A stretch of DNA of 53,982 nucleotides, taken from the NCBI GenBank assembly GCA_027592745.1, contig JAQCLG010000003.1, positions 1-53,982 of the forward strand. Direction: 5' to 3'. The DNA is from Pseudomonadota bacterium (GTDB lineage: Bacteria > Pseudomonadota > Alphaproteobacteria > SP197). A program made the position numbers and the translations under genes. The notes beneath the pieces were generated by a model. It was not told where the DNA came from, ran no database searches, and saw only the letters and a list, made by a program, of their open reading frames with translations. Positions 30,118-40,012 of the stretch are shown here, one piece after another (the first letter of the stretch is position 1; every line of letters starts with the position of its first letter).

Positions 30118-30831
30118 ATGCCGCGTTCGCTGGTCATCCTGCTCGCCTTTGTCGCCGGCTGGGTCGATGCCTCCTCCTTCGTCGGGCTCGATCACGTCAT
30201 GGCGGCCCACATCACCGGCAACCTGGTGGTGCTGGCGAGCGACGTCGCGCAGGGCTTCACCGGCAAGGACAGCCTCAAGGTCGTGATCCTGCCGGTGTTC
30301 TTCCTCGGCGTCATGCTGGTCACCCTGGTGCACGACCGCTTCATCGCGCGCATCGCCGGCTCCGTGCGCCAGCTCGCGCGCCTGCTGGAATGTGAAGCCG
30401 GCCTGATCGCGCTCTCCGGTCTGCTGGGCATCTGGGTCAGCCTGACGGGCATCGAGCAGGACTTCTGGATCGCCCTGCTGGTCGTCACGCCGGTCACCTT
30501 CGGCATGGCGGTGCAGAACGCCGCCCACCGCCTCTATCCGGCGATCGGACCGGCCACGACCGTGATGACCGGCAACATCACCCAGTTCTTCATCGACAAG
30601 GCCCGCGCCCTGGGCGGCCGTACCTCGGTCTCCAAGATCGACGACATGCCGCGCAACGAGAACATCCTGCCGCTGCTGATCCTGGCCTTCGGCACCGGCT
30701 GCGTCACGGGGGCGCTGGCGACCGCCGCGGTGGGCAACGGCGCCTTTCTCCTGGCCGCCGCCGTGGTGGTGGCAAATGCCGCCACGCTCCGGCAGCATGG
30801 CGTTCCCGACCGCAAGGAACCGACGCCATGA
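30118..30831 (+). CDS. YoaK/DUF1275 membrane protein
   Basis: LAFVAGWVDA, AHITGN, MAVQNA and TTVMTGN. Confidence 0.88.
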   Translation: MPRSLVILLAFVAGWVDASSFVGLDHVMAAHITGNLVVLASDVAQGFTGKDSLKVVILPVFFLGVMLVTLVHDRFIARIAGSVRQLARLLECEAGLIALSGLLGIWVSLTGIEQDFWIALLVVTPVTFGMAVQNAAHRLYPAIGPATTVMTGNITQFFIDKARALGGRTSVSKIDDMPRNENILPLLILAFGTGCVTGALATAAVGNGAFLLAAAVVVANAATLRQHGVPDRKEPTP

Positions 30832-31736
30832 CCCAGAACCTGCCCGGCCTGGAGCGCCAGCCCGACGCCATGGAACGCATCTCCGTGGACGGCGGCACGG
30901 TCCAGACCTACAGCTTCGGGTCCGGCGAGGAGGTGCTGTTCCTGGCCAACGGCGGCCCGGGTCTGCCCTGCGACTACATGCGCGACAGCCACAGCCACCT
31001 GGCCGGGAACGGCCTGCGGGTAGTGACCTGGGACCAGCTCGGCACCGGCCGCTCGGACCGCCCGACCGACCGCGCCCTGTGGACCATCGAACGTTACGCC
31101 CGCGAACTGGAGCAGGTGCGCACGGGTCTCGGCCTGGGGCCCGTGCACCTGCTGGGGCAGTCCTGGGGCGGCTGGCTCGCCATCGAATACGCGCTGACCT
31201 TCCCCGACGGCCTGCGCGGCCTGATCCTTTCCAACACCGCGGGCGACCTGCCGCATCTGGTGGAGGAACTGAACCGGCTGCGTGCTGCGCTGGGTTCAGA
31301 AACCGTGACCATGATGGTGCGGCGCGAGGCCGAAGGCACGACCGACCATCCCGAGTACAAGGCCGCGGTGGAGGTGCTGAACTGGCGCCATGTCCACCGC
31401 CTGGAAACGATCCCCCCTGCCCTGCAGCGCTCGATCGACGGCATGGTCTTCGACATCTACAACACGATGCAGGGGCCCAACGAGTTCGTGTACACGGGCA
31501 ACCTGAAGGACTGGAACCGCATCCCCGACATGGGCCGTATCGCCTGCCCGGCCTTCATCATCGTGGGCCAGCACGACGAACTGACCCCAGCCTGCGCCAT
31601 GCGCATGCACCATGCCCTGCCGGACAGCAGCATCAAGGTGTTCAAGGACGCCTCCCACTCGACCTGCTTCGAGACGCCCGAGCCGTATTTCGAGGCGCTC
31701 ACCGCCTTTCTCCAGGCCCATCGCGCGGCGCCGTGA
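30828..31736 (+). CDS. Proline iminopeptidase / L-amino acid amidase family hydrolase
   Basis: NGGPG, WDQLGTG.S, GQSWGG nucleophile elbow, MQGPNEF, GQHDE and ASH. Confidence 0.9.
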   Translation: MTQNLPGLERQPDAMERISVDGGTVQTYSFGSGEEVLFLANGGPGLPCDYMRDSHSHLAGNGLRVVTWDQLGTGRSDRPTDRALWTIERYARELEQVRTGLGLGPVHLLGQSWGGWLAIEYALTFPDGLRGLILSNTAGDLPHLVEELNRLRAALGSETVTMMVRREAEGTTDHPEYKAAVEVLNWRHVHRLETIPPALQRSIDGMVFDIYNTMQGPNEFVYTGNLKDWNRIPDMGRIACPAFIIVGQHDELTPACAMRMHHALPDSSIKVFKDASHSTCFETPEPYFEALTAFLQAHRAAP

Positions 31737-33292
31737 GCCCAGCGGAGGACCGCAGGCGCGCCGGCGAACTGCTGGCGCAAGCGCGGCGCCTGATGGCGCT
31801 GAAGCGCACCCACGAGGCCATTCCCCTGCTCAACGAGGCGCTGCAACACGATCCCGCAAGCGCCCCGCTGCGTTACCAGGTCGGCGCCACGGCGCTGCGC
31901 CACCTGACACTGTGCGTCGGAAGCGCGCCGGACCATGCCGCGGCATGGTCGCAGATCGGCGCCTGCCACATGCTGGGCCGACGCTGGGACGAGGCGGCCA
32001 AGGCCTATGGCAGGGCCCGCGCGGGCAGCGGCGAGGGGAGCGGCCCGAACTGGCGCCTGGCCCGCGCCCTGCGCCTGTGCGGCAGGCTGGCGGAGGCGGA
32101 ACGGGCCATGCTGGAGGTCTATCGTGCCGCCAATGTGGAAACCGCCGCGGCCCATGAACATGCCGTCCTGCGCATGGCGCTGGTCCAGCGCGAGACCGCC
32201 GCGGGCCTCTGGGGCAAGCTTGCAAGCATGGGCGGCGAGAGCCTGGTCGGCGCCACAGCCCGCGCCCGCCTTGCCATGCTGGACGACGGACCCGTGACCG
32301 CCCCGGATGCCCGGCGCGTCGCCTTTCACCTGAAGACCGCGTTCCACGAGGCGGTCGTGACGCCCGGCTGGATGGCCTGCCGGGGCCGCCACGAGGTTCT
32401 GGTCAGCCACGATGCCGAGGAACTGGTCGCCTTCGACCCCCAGGTCATCGTCGCCTGCGACAGCCATCTCGCCGGCCTGAAGCGCCTGATGCCGCGGGCG
32501 ATCACGGTGCAGACCCGCCACGGCATGGGGAGCAAGGGCCATGCCGCGCTGCTCGCCCGAAGCTGCGACTACCTGTGCCTTTCACACGGCCGGCAGGAGG
32601 CCTTTTTCACCGACCAGGGCATCCGCCCCGCCCGCGGCTTCTGGCCGATCGGCTATCTCCAGCTCGATTCCCTGCTGGGCGGCAGCCTGCCGCCTGCGCA
32701 GGTGCCCCGGTCGCAGGGTCGCCCGGTGGTGCTGTTTGCCCCGACGATCGGCGATTCGGTCTCTGCCCTGGGCATGCTGGGCGACGACCCCGTCGCGGCG
32801 CTGCGGCCCCGCCCGGAGGATTTCACGCTGGTCATCAAGGCCCATCCCGAGACCTGCATGCGGCACCCGGACTGGTGGCGTGTCCTCTGCGCCAGCGCGG
32901 CCGCCCACGACCATGTCGTGCTGGTCGAGGAGACCTCGCGCGACATCATGCCCCATGTCGCGGCCTGCGACCTGATGGTCACCGACGTCTCCAGCGAGAT
33001 GTTCTTTGCCGTGGCGATCGACCGCCCCCTGGTGCTGCTCTCCAACCCGGCGCGCCATGCCAGGCCGGAGCGGTTCGATCCCGCCGGCCCGGAATGGCGC
33101 TGGCGCAGCATCGGCGAGGAGGTCGAGGAGGCCGCCGGCCTGCCCGGCGCCATCGCCGCCGCCCTTGCCGAACCGGAACGGCGCGCTAAGGCGCGACGGG
33201 CCTGCCGCGAGGAGATGCTGGGCGAGCTGATCGACGGGCGCGCCGGGGAGCGCCTGGCCCGGTGCATCGCCGACCTTGTCCCGGACGCCTGA
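31733..33292 (+). CDS. TPR domain + CDP-glycerol glycerophosphotransferase-like (GT-B) protein
   Basis: N-terminal TPR-like helices; C-terminal QTRHG, GYLQLD, VLFAPT, KAHP and DLMVTDVSS; GTGA overlap start inferred. Confidence 0.75.
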   Translation: MSPAEDRRRAGELLAQARRLMALKRTHEAIPLLNEALQHDPASAPLRYQVGATALRHLTLCVGSAPDHAAAWSQIGACHMLGRRWDEAAKAYGRARAGSGEGSGPNWRLARALRLCGRLAEAERAMLEVYRAANVETAAAHEHAVLRMALVQRETAAGLWGKLASMGGESLVGATARARLAMLDDGPVTAPDARRVAFHLKTAFHEAVVTPGWMACRGRHEVLVSHDAEELVAFDPQVIVACDSHLAGLKRLMPRAITVQTRHGMGSKGHAALLARSCDYLCLSHGRQEAFFTDQGIRPARGFWPIGYLQLDSLLGGSLPPAQVPRSQGRPVVLFAPTIGDSVSALGMLGDDPVAALRPRPEDFTLVIKAHPETCMRHPDWWRVLCASAAAHDHVVLVEETSRDIMPHVAACDLMVTDVSSEMFFAVAIDRPLVLLSNPARHARPERFDPAGPEWRWRSIGEEVEEAAGLPGAIAAALAEPERRAKARRACREEMLGELIDGRAGERLARCIADLVPDA

Positions 33293-33327
33293 AAACGCCA
33301 TATCTACCGTCTCACCGGAGGCAAGCC

Positions 33328-33747
33328 ATGACCGAGAAGATCGTCAAGTCCGACGCCGAATGGCGCGCGCAGCTGACGCCCGAGCAGTACCAGGTGACAC
33401 GGCGCAAGGGCACCGAGCGCGCCTTCACGGGCGCCTACCATGCGACCAAGGAACCCGGCGTCTATCGCTGCGTGTGCTGTGGCGAGCCGCTGTTCGATGC
33501 CGCGACGAAGTTCGAATCCGGCACCGGCTGGCCGAGCTTCTGGCAACCCATCGACGAAAGCGCGGTGGCGACCGAAAGCGACCGCAGCCTGTTCATGCGC
33601 CGCACGGAAGCGCTCTGCGCCCACTGCGATGCCCACCTGGGCCACGTCTTTCCCGACGGTCCCAAGCCCACGGGCCTGCGCTACTGCCTCAACTCGGCGG
33701 CCCTGACGCTCGATGAAACCGGCGCCGGCGAGGACGCGGCCGAGTAG
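33328..33747 (+). CDS. msrB: Peptide-methionine (R)-S-oxide reductase
   Basis: [33 protein letters not shown] and RYCLNS. Confidence 0.97.
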   Translation: MTEKIVKSDAEWRAQLTPEQYQVTRRKGTERAFTGAYHATKEPGVYRCVCCGEPLFDAATKFESGTGWPSFWQPIDESAVATESDRSLFMRRTEALCAHCDAHLGHVFPDGPKPTGLRYCLNSAALTLDETGAGEDAAE

Positions 33748-33750
33748 GAC

Positions 33751-33894
33751 TCATACCAAGCGCCATCGATCGAAACCGATCCATGGCGCTGCCCTCAAGC
33801 GCCGGGCGCTCGCTGAGCCTGCCCCCGACTGGATCGGGGGCTCGCTTGGCTTTCGCGGCAGGGGCCGCGGCGCGCCGTCGCGCGCTTGGTATCA
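33751..33894. mobile_element. MITE-like intergenic element with terminal inverted repeats
   Basis: ATACCAAGCGC (33753)/GCGCTTGGTAT (33882) ends; internal hairpins AGCGCCAT..ATGGCGCT and CCCCCGA-CTGGA-TCGGGGG. Confidence 0.55.
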
Positions 33895-33978
33895 GGCCGG
33901 TTCCTGCCAGCGCGGCATGTCCGCGACCGGCGGCTGGCGGGCAAAGACGACGGCATCGTCGGGCAGGCTGACCGCAGC

Positions 33979-35382
33979 TCAGCCCCGGCCGAAGCGGCGC
34001 CAGCGCAGGAGCAGGAGGCCGCCGGTGACGGCAAAACCCAGGGTCATGCCGATCCACAGGGCGTCGGGACCGCCGTCCAGGCGGAAGGCCATGAACCAGC
34101 CGGCAGGAATGCCGATCGCCAGAAAACCGACGGCCGACATGGCCATGGGCACCATCATGTCCTTGAAGCCGCGCAGGGCGCGCGAGAGGACGACCTCGCC
34201 GGCCTGGACGAGGAAGAAGAGGCCGGCTGCCCAGCGCATCTGGCGGACCAGGGCAAAGGCCTCCTCGTTGGCGGGATCGCCGGGGTCGAGCACGATGGCG
34301 GTGATCGCATCGGGCGCCAGGAAGAGGGCAAGGCTGACCGGCAGCACGACCAGGGTGACGGCACTGACGCCGAACCAGCCGGCGCGTACCGCGCCCTCCC
34401 TGCGCCGGCCGCCGAACTCCTGGGCGACGCGCACCGAAGCGCCGTGGCCAAATCCGATGGCAATGGAGCCGCTGAGCATCGCGACACCGGTCAAGACGCT
34501 GTGGGCGGCCAGCGCCGAAGCGCCGAAGAACCCCATGAAGAAGGTCGTCGCCTGCGACATCGAACCCTCGATGACACGCACTGTGGCAACCGGCAGGCCC
34601 AGGCGCAGGACCTGCTTCCACATCGCCGGGTCGAAGCCGAGCAGGTTGTGGAACGGCCCGAAGGCGGAAAGCTGGGGCTGGCGCAGGATGTAGGCCACCA
34701 TGACGGCAAGCTTGAGCCAGGAGACGATGGTCGTGGCAAGGCCGGCGCCGGCCACCCCCATCGCGGGCAGGCCGAGGAAGCCGAAGACCAGGACGATGTC
34801 GAGCACGAGGTTGGCCGGCACCGCCGCGATGGTGATCACCGTGATGACCACGGGACGCGAGAGGCCGGTGACAAGCTGGCGCAGCACCATGAACAGGAAG
34901 GTCGCGGGCAGGTGCCAGATCATCGCATGGAGGTACTGGCGTCCGATCTCGACGACCTCCGGGTCCTGCCCCGCGGCATCCAGCATGTCGGGCAGGAACC
35001 AGCCGAAGGCCATCCAGGGCAGGCTGATCGCCAGCGCCAGCCAGAGGCCAGTGCGCACCCCGGCGCCGACCTCCGACACGCGATCGGCGCCAAAGCCGTG
35101 GGCGACGATCACCGAGACGACGGTGAGCAGCGAAAAGCCGACATAGGTCGCTTCCCACATGATCGAACCGGCCAGGCCGACACCGCCCAGGGCCAGGGTG
35201 CCCAGGCGGCCGATCACCATGATGTCGGTGTAGTAGATGCCCAGTTCGACCAGGAAGGCCGCCAGCAGCGGCAGGGTGACCCGCTTCTGCAGGCGGATCT
35301 CGTCGCGCAGGTTGCCGGCAAACTCGGCCTTGAGCGGTTCCGTGGCGATGGCCTCAACCGCCCCGTGGCACGACCAGCGCAT
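33979..35382 (-). CDS. MATE family efflux transporter (NorM-like); start uncertain
   Basis: TDIMVIGRLG..ALGG, LPAMGVAGAGLAT, LRLGLP, RALRGFKD and LWIGM; about 12 TM segments. Confidence 0.88.
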   Translation of the reverse strand: MRWSCHGAVEAIATEPLKAEFAGNLRDEIRLQKRVTLPLLAAFLVELGIYYTDIMVIGRLGTLALGGVGLAGSIMWEATYVGFSLLTVVSVIVAHGFGADRVSEVGAGVRTGLWLALAISLPWMAFGWFLPDMLDAAGQDPEVVEIGRQYLHAMIWHLPATFLFMVLRQLVTGLSRPVVITVITIAAVPANLVLDIVLVFGFLGLPAMGVAGAGLATTIVSWLKLAVMVAYILRQPQLSAFGPFHNLLGFDPAMWKQVLRLGLPVATVRVIEGSMSQATTFFMGFFGASALAAHSVLTGVAMLSGSIAIGFGHGASVRVAQEFGGRRREGAVRAGWFGVSAVTLVVLPVSLALFLAPDAITAIVLDPGDPANEEAFALVRQMRWAAGLFFLVQAGEVVLSRALRGFKDMMVPMAMSAVGFLAIGIPAGWFMAFRLDGGPDALWIGMTLGFAVTGGLLLLRWRRFGRG

Positions 35383-37447
35383 CGAGCGCGACGGCGCCGC
35401 GGGGCAGGACACGCAGGGGATTGACGTCCATCTCCGCGATCAGGTCGCCAAGGTCGGCCGCCAGACGGGAGAGCCCGACCACGGCATCGACGGCAGCGGC
35501 ACAGTCGAGCGGAGGCGCACCGCGCACGCCGTCGAGCAGGCGCGAGACGCGCAGGCCGGACAGCACCCGCTCGACCTCGTGGCGCGGGGCGGGGGCGACC
35601 AGGGTCGCCGAATCGCGCAGCACCTCGACCAGAATGCCGCCGGCGCCGACGACGACCATGGCGCCGAACTGCTGGTCGATGACGATGCCCGCGACCAGTT
35701 CGACACCCTCGCCGGCCATGGGCGCCACGATGGCACGCGGCCCCAGCCCGGCCTCGAGCGCCTGCCAGGCCGCCGCGACCTCCGCCTCGCTCTTCAGGTT
35801 GAGCTTCACGCCGCCGACGTCGGTCTTGTGCGCGATGCCCGCCATGGCGGTCTTCATCACCACCGGAAGGCCAAGATCGTGGGCAGCGGCGATCGCCTCG
35901 TCCCGGCTGGTGACGATGCGGTGGGGCATCGTGCCGATGCCGTAGTCGGCGAGCAGATCGAGCGCCTCGGCCTCGTCGAGCGGAACGCCCTGGCCGAGCC
36001 GAGCCCACCAGCGGGCGGCAGCGCCATGGGCCGCGGGCGGCTCCTGCCGGGGACGGCCGCGATGATCGCGGTAGGCCAATGCGTTGGCGACCGCCTTCAG
36101 GGCCGGCCCGGTGCCGTCGAGCACGGGGATGCCCTGGCGCGTCAGCGTGACGGCGAGTTCGCGATGATCGACGCCGGCATAGTTGGTCGCCAGGGCGACC
36201 GGCTTGGCCGTGGTCGCGGCGGCGGCGACGCAGGCATCGACGCAGGCGATGCTGTAGCTGTTGTGCTGGTTGGCATCGAGGAAGAAGACGCCGAGCGCGG
36301 TGTCGTCATCGGCCATCAGCGCGGCAAAGCAGTCGCGCATGATGCCGTCGTGGTCGCGCCCCGTGCCGAAGGCATCGCAGGGGTTTTCCGGCTCCAGGCC
36401 GAAGTCGAGACGGGCCTCCAGTTTCTGGCGGGTCGCCTCGCCGATCCGGGCAAAGGGCACGCCGGCCGCTTCGGCGGCATCGACCACCAGCTCCCGCTCG
36501 CCGCCGGAATCGTGGATCGTCGCCAGGCCGCCCGGGCCGATCCCGGCGGCGCGCTCCATCAGCAGCATCGAGGCCGCCAATTCGTCGAGGGAATCGGTGC
36601 GCAGGACGCCGTAGCGGCGGAAGAGCGCGTCATAGGCCGCATCGTCGCCGGCCAGGGCGCCCGAATGGCTGACGGCCATGCGCGCGGCGGTCTCGGTGCG
36701 CCCGACCTTGACCGCGACCACCGGCACGCCCCGCGCCTCGGCCTTCTGCAGCGCGGCAACGAACCCTTCGGGATTGCGCACGGTCTCGAGGAACAGGCCG
36801 ATCACGCGGGTCGATTCCAGTTCCAGCGCATAATCCATATAGTCGGCCACGGAGGTCGAAAGTTCGCGCCCGCAGGAGACCGCGAAGTTCAGCCCCAGGC
36901 GTTCGCTGCTGCCGGTGATGGCGCCGAACACCGAACCCGACTGGGCAAGGAAGGTGTTGCCGCCCGGCTGGCGGTCGGCGAAGGGATAGGAGTTGATGCG
37001 GATGGCGGCTTCGTAGTTGCAGTAGCCCATGCAGTTGCCGCCGTTGATCGGCAGGCCGGCCTCCATCGCCATGGCCGAGAGGCGGTCGGCCAGGCGCGGC
37101 GCTCCGCTTTCCTCGACGACGCAGCTGCCGAAGATGCTGGCGGCCCCGGCGCCGGCCTCGACGGCAAGGCGCAAGGCCTCCTCGATGCGCTCGTCGGAGA
37201 CCGCGAGCACCGCCAGGTCGACCTTCTGCGGCAGATCGGCGAGCGAGGCGTAGCAGGTCTGCCCGCCGATCTCGTCGTAACGCGGATTGACCGGATAGAC
37301 CGGGCCGTCGAAGGCGAGACCGGCCAGGGTCTCCATGATCGTCAGCCCGGTGCTGCCCTCACGGGGCGAAGCGCCGACGATGGCGACCGAACGGGGGGTG
37401 AGAAGCGGCGAAAGGCGATGCGCGATGCGGTGTCGTTGAACGGCCAC
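35354..37447 (-). CDS. Acetate/acyl-CoA ligase (ADP-forming) family, fused alpha-beta
   Basis: PRSVAIVGAS, YPVNP, GNCMG, QSGS, SHSGALAG, NPCD, HKTDVGGV and EMDVNP; GTG start inferred. Confidence 0.9.
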   Translation of the reverse strand: MAVQRHRIAHRLSPLLTPRSVAIVGASPREGSTGLTIMETLAGLAFDGPVYPVNPRYDEIGGQTCYASLADLPQKVDLAVLAVSDERIEEALRLAVEAGAGAASIFGSCVVEESGAPRLADRLSAMAMEAGLPINGGNCMGYCNYEAAIRINSYPFADRQPGGNTFLAQSGSVFGAITGSSERLGLNFAVSCGRELSTSVADYMDYALELESTRVIGLFLETVRNPEGFVAALQKAEARGVPVVAVKVGRTETAARMAVSHSGALAGDDAAYDALFRRYGVLRTDSLDELAASMLLMERAAGIGPGGLATIHDSGGERELVVDAAEAAGVPFARIGEATRQKLEARLDFGLEPENPCDAFGTGRDHDGIMRDCFAALMADDDTALGVFFLDANQHNSYSIACVDACVAAAATTAKPVALATNYAGVDHRELAVTLTRQGIPVLDGTGPALKAVANALAYRDHRGRPRQEPPAAHGAAARWWARLGQGVPLDEAEALDLLADYGIGTMPHRIVTSRDEAIAAAHDLGLPVVMKTAMAGIAHKTDVGGVKLNLKSEAEVAAAWQALEAGLGPRAIVAPMAGEGVELVAGIVIDQQFGAMVVVGAGGILVEVLRDSATLVAPAPRHEVERVLSGLRVSRLLDGVRGAPPLDCAAAVDAVVGLSRLAADLGDLIAEMDVNPLRVLPRGAVALDALVVPRGG

Positions 37448-37479
37448 TGGTTCCCCCGGTCTTGATGCCGGCAGCATCG

Positions 37480-38337
37480 TTAGGGGAGCCACGCCCTGTG
37501 TTCAAGTCGCTCCAGCACGAAAGCTTCCACATCCTTGCGCTCGATGCGGTTGAAACACGAACTCCACCAGTAGAAGTGCGGCTCCGGTTCGTCCCGGCAG
37601 AGGATGCCGTTGCCTTCCGTATCGCGCACCGTCACCACCGCGACGCCCTCCTTGGCGCCCAGGAACAGGGCATCGCCGGGCGGCGCATAGATGTCGCCCT
37701 CGAAGACGAAGGCCAGGGCGGACATGTCGCGGGCGCGTTCCAGGCGACCGCGCCACTTGTCGTATTCGACTTCCATCCAGGCGTAGTCGCCGCCCTCCTC
37801 CTCGAGCCAGGCAAAGCCGTAGCCGGGGGCGCTGACGACCGCCGAGTTGAACTTGGCGGGTGCCCGCTCGGCGGTGAGCAGGGCGGTGCTTGCCCCGCCC
37901 GAGTGGCCGAAGACGAAGATGTTGCGCGGCGGCACGCCGGCAGCGATCAGGCGATCGAGCACGACCTCGTTCTCCTGGGAGCGCGCCTTGCCCATGACGA
38001 AGCGGTCCTCGACCTCCTGGGTGCACAGGTAGAAGACGACGACCGGATGGCCGCCCAGCCCCTTGCGGCTCCAGTACTTCAGGAAGCCGGGCATGGTCCC
38101 GGGCTCGCAGTCCTGGAACTGCCCGCCCCAGTCGGTGCCGTGGTTGTAGATCACCACGATGGGCTCGGAGGGATCCGGCAGAACCGTGGCAATGCCCTGG
38201 CCGAGAGGACCGATCGCCGCGGTGCTGTTTTCCCCGGCAAAGAACTGCCCCATGGGTTCGAGCCTGCCGCCCTGCGAGGCGCAGGCCGCCAGCAGGGCAA
38301 GGGCGGCCGCGGCGATCAGGAACGGGCGGCTGAACAT
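37480..38337 (-). CDS. Lipoprotein, alpha/beta hydrolase fold
   Basis: Signal peptide with lipobox LAAC; YNHG and GHSGG motifs. Confidence 0.75.
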   Translation of the reverse strand: MFSRPFLIAAAALALLAACASQGGRLEPMGQFFAGENSTAAIGPLGQGIATVLPDPSEPIVVIYNHGTDWGGQFQDCEPGTMPGFLKYWSRKGLGGHPVVVFYLCTQEVEDRFVMGKARSQENEVVLDRLIAAGVPPRNIFVFGHSGGASTALLTAERAPAKFNSAVVSAPGYGFAWLEEEGGDYAWMEVEYDKWRGRLERARDMSALAFVFEGDIYAPPGDALFLGAKEGVAVVTVRDTEGNGILCRDEPEPHFYWWSSCFNRIERKDVEAFVLERLEHRAWLP

Positions 38338-38403
38338 GGCATCTCTCCGACTGGCGCCGGTCCCGCCGACACCAGTCCTGATAACAAGGCCGGGCGGCCT
38401 TTG

Positions 38404-39237
38404 CTAGCCGGCTTGCCGGGAGGCGCGGCCCGCGGCCAGGCGCCACCCCGAGCGGTAGTAGGAAAGCCCCAGTTCCTCCGCGTCGAAGGCGAAACGGGCG
38501 ATCAGCCTGGCCAGCGCCTCCTTCTCGCGTTCGCCAAAGAAGTTCTGCGCCGTCTCGTTGCGCGGCGGCGGGCAGGCAACCGGCCGGGCCGGGGCCAGTT
38601 CCATGGCATCGAACAGGGCCTGGGCGCCGGCAGGCGCGGCGATGTCGCCGAGATCGACGCCGTGGAAACGGATGCCGGCGCGATCGGCCATCAGGTGGCG
38701 GTAGTAGGCGGCACGGGCGCGCATCTCGATGATGTACCAGAGCGCGCGGCCCGCCACACCCTGCGAGCGGAACGGCGAGGAATCGACGATCACGTTGGGA
38801 TAGGCGATGTCGAGGTAGAAGGCCCAGGCCAGCCCGTTGTTCACGAAATCGAAGCGGTTGTAGAAGCTCCACAGCGTCGCCAGCACGTCGCGCTGCAACA
38901 CGACGATCTCGACCGTGGCGCCCTTTTGTGTGAGCAGGCCGAGGTTCTCGATCAGGCCGGCCTTGGCAAGCAGGTGCGATGCCTCGGCATGGACCCGCCT
39001 GGGTCCGGCCAGATCGCGCGCCAGCTTGCGCCGCCAGAAGGCCTGGACCTTCTCGACGTTGCCGACGCTGTTGAAGACGGTGAAATCCGACAGGTCCGGG
39101 GTGACGACGCCGAAGTTCAGCCAGCCCGTGCGTTCGTGGAAGACCACGGCATCCTCGAGATTGCTCTCCAGCAGCTCGGCCAGATAGGCCGAACCGCTGC
39201 GACCGGTCGTGATCGTGAAGACGAAACGTTCGGCCAC
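38404..39237 (-). CDS. Sulfotransferase-like (P-loop/PAPS-binding) protein
   Basis: FVFTITTGRSGSAYLAELL (5'-PSB loop), HE and VVLQRD....LWS (3'-PB-like); GTG start 8 bp after the SDR stop. Confidence 0.65.
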   Translation of the reverse strand: MAERFVFTITTGRSGSAYLAELLESNLEDAVVFHERTGWLNFGVVTPDLSDFTVFNSVGNVEKVQAFWRRKLARDLAGPRRVHAEASHLLAKAGLIENLGLLTQKGATVEIVVLQRDVLATLWSFYNRFDFVNNGLAWAFYLDIAYPNVIVDSSPFRSQGVAGRALWYIIEMRARAAYYRHLMADRAGIRFHGVDLGDIAAPAGAQALFDAMELAPARPVACPPPRNETAQNFFGEREKEALARLIARFAFDAEELGLSYYRSGWRLAAGRASRQAG

Positions 39238-39245
39238 GGCCCCGC

Positions 39246-39995
39246 TCAGCGACCGCCGCTGACGTCGTAGCACATGCCGGTGCAGAACGAGGCTTCGTCG
39301 GAGGCAAGGAAGATCGCCATGGCGGCGATCTCGTCGGGCTGGCCGATGCGCTGCATGGGCGAGTTGTTGCGTGCCAGTTCCTTGACCTTGTCGAGGCCGA
39401 AGACGTTGCCCGAGAAGATGTCGGTCTCGACCACGCCGGGGCGCACGCAGGTCACGCGGATACCCTGGGGCCCGACCTCCTTGGCCAGGCCGAGCGTGAA
39501 GGAGTCCACCGCACCCTTGGAGGCCGTGTAGATGACGTCGCCGGGCAGGCCGCCGGTGCGTGCCGAGATCGAGCCGATGTTGACGATCGCGCCGCCCTTG
39601 CCGCCGCGCGCCGTCGACATGCGCCGGACCGCCTCGCGGCAGCTTGCCATGAGGCCCAGCGTGTTGACGTTGAAGACCTTGAGGAAGTTCTCCCAGGTCG
39701 TGTCGGCGAACTCGGCCTCGTGGTCGATGCCGGCATTGTTGATGACCGCATCGGGCGCGCCCCACTTGCCGTCGACCGCCTCGTACATCGCAACCAGTTC
39801 GCTCTCGACACCCTGGCTCGCCTTGAAGGTGAAGGCCTGCCCGCCCGCGGCCTCGACCGCTTTGGCGACCTCGGCGGCCTTGTCGGGCGAGCCGTTGTAG
39901 TTGACGCAGACGCGCCAGCCCCTGGCCCCGGCCTGGCGGGCGATGGCCGCCCCGATGCCGCGGCTGGCGCCGGTGACGATGATGGTCTTGCTCAT
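39246..39995 (-). CDS. Short-chain dehydrogenase/reductase (YgfF-like)
   Basis: TGASRGIG, NNAG, YTASK, RPG and DVSGGR. Confidence 0.93.
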   Translation of the reverse strand: MSKTIIVTGASRGIGAAIARQAGARGWRVCVNYNGSPDKAAEVAKAVEAAGGQAFTFKASQGVESELVAMYEAVDGKWGAPDAVINNAGIDHEAEFADTTWENFLKVFNVNTLGLMASCREAVRRMSTARGGKGGAIVNIGSISARTGGLPGDVIYTASKGAVDSFTLGLAKEVGPQGIRVTCVRPGVVETDIFSGNVFGLDKVKELARNNSPMQRIGQPDEIAAMAIFLASDEASFCTGMCYDVSGGR

Positions 39996-40012
39996 GACAT
40001 GCTCCGTTGGGT

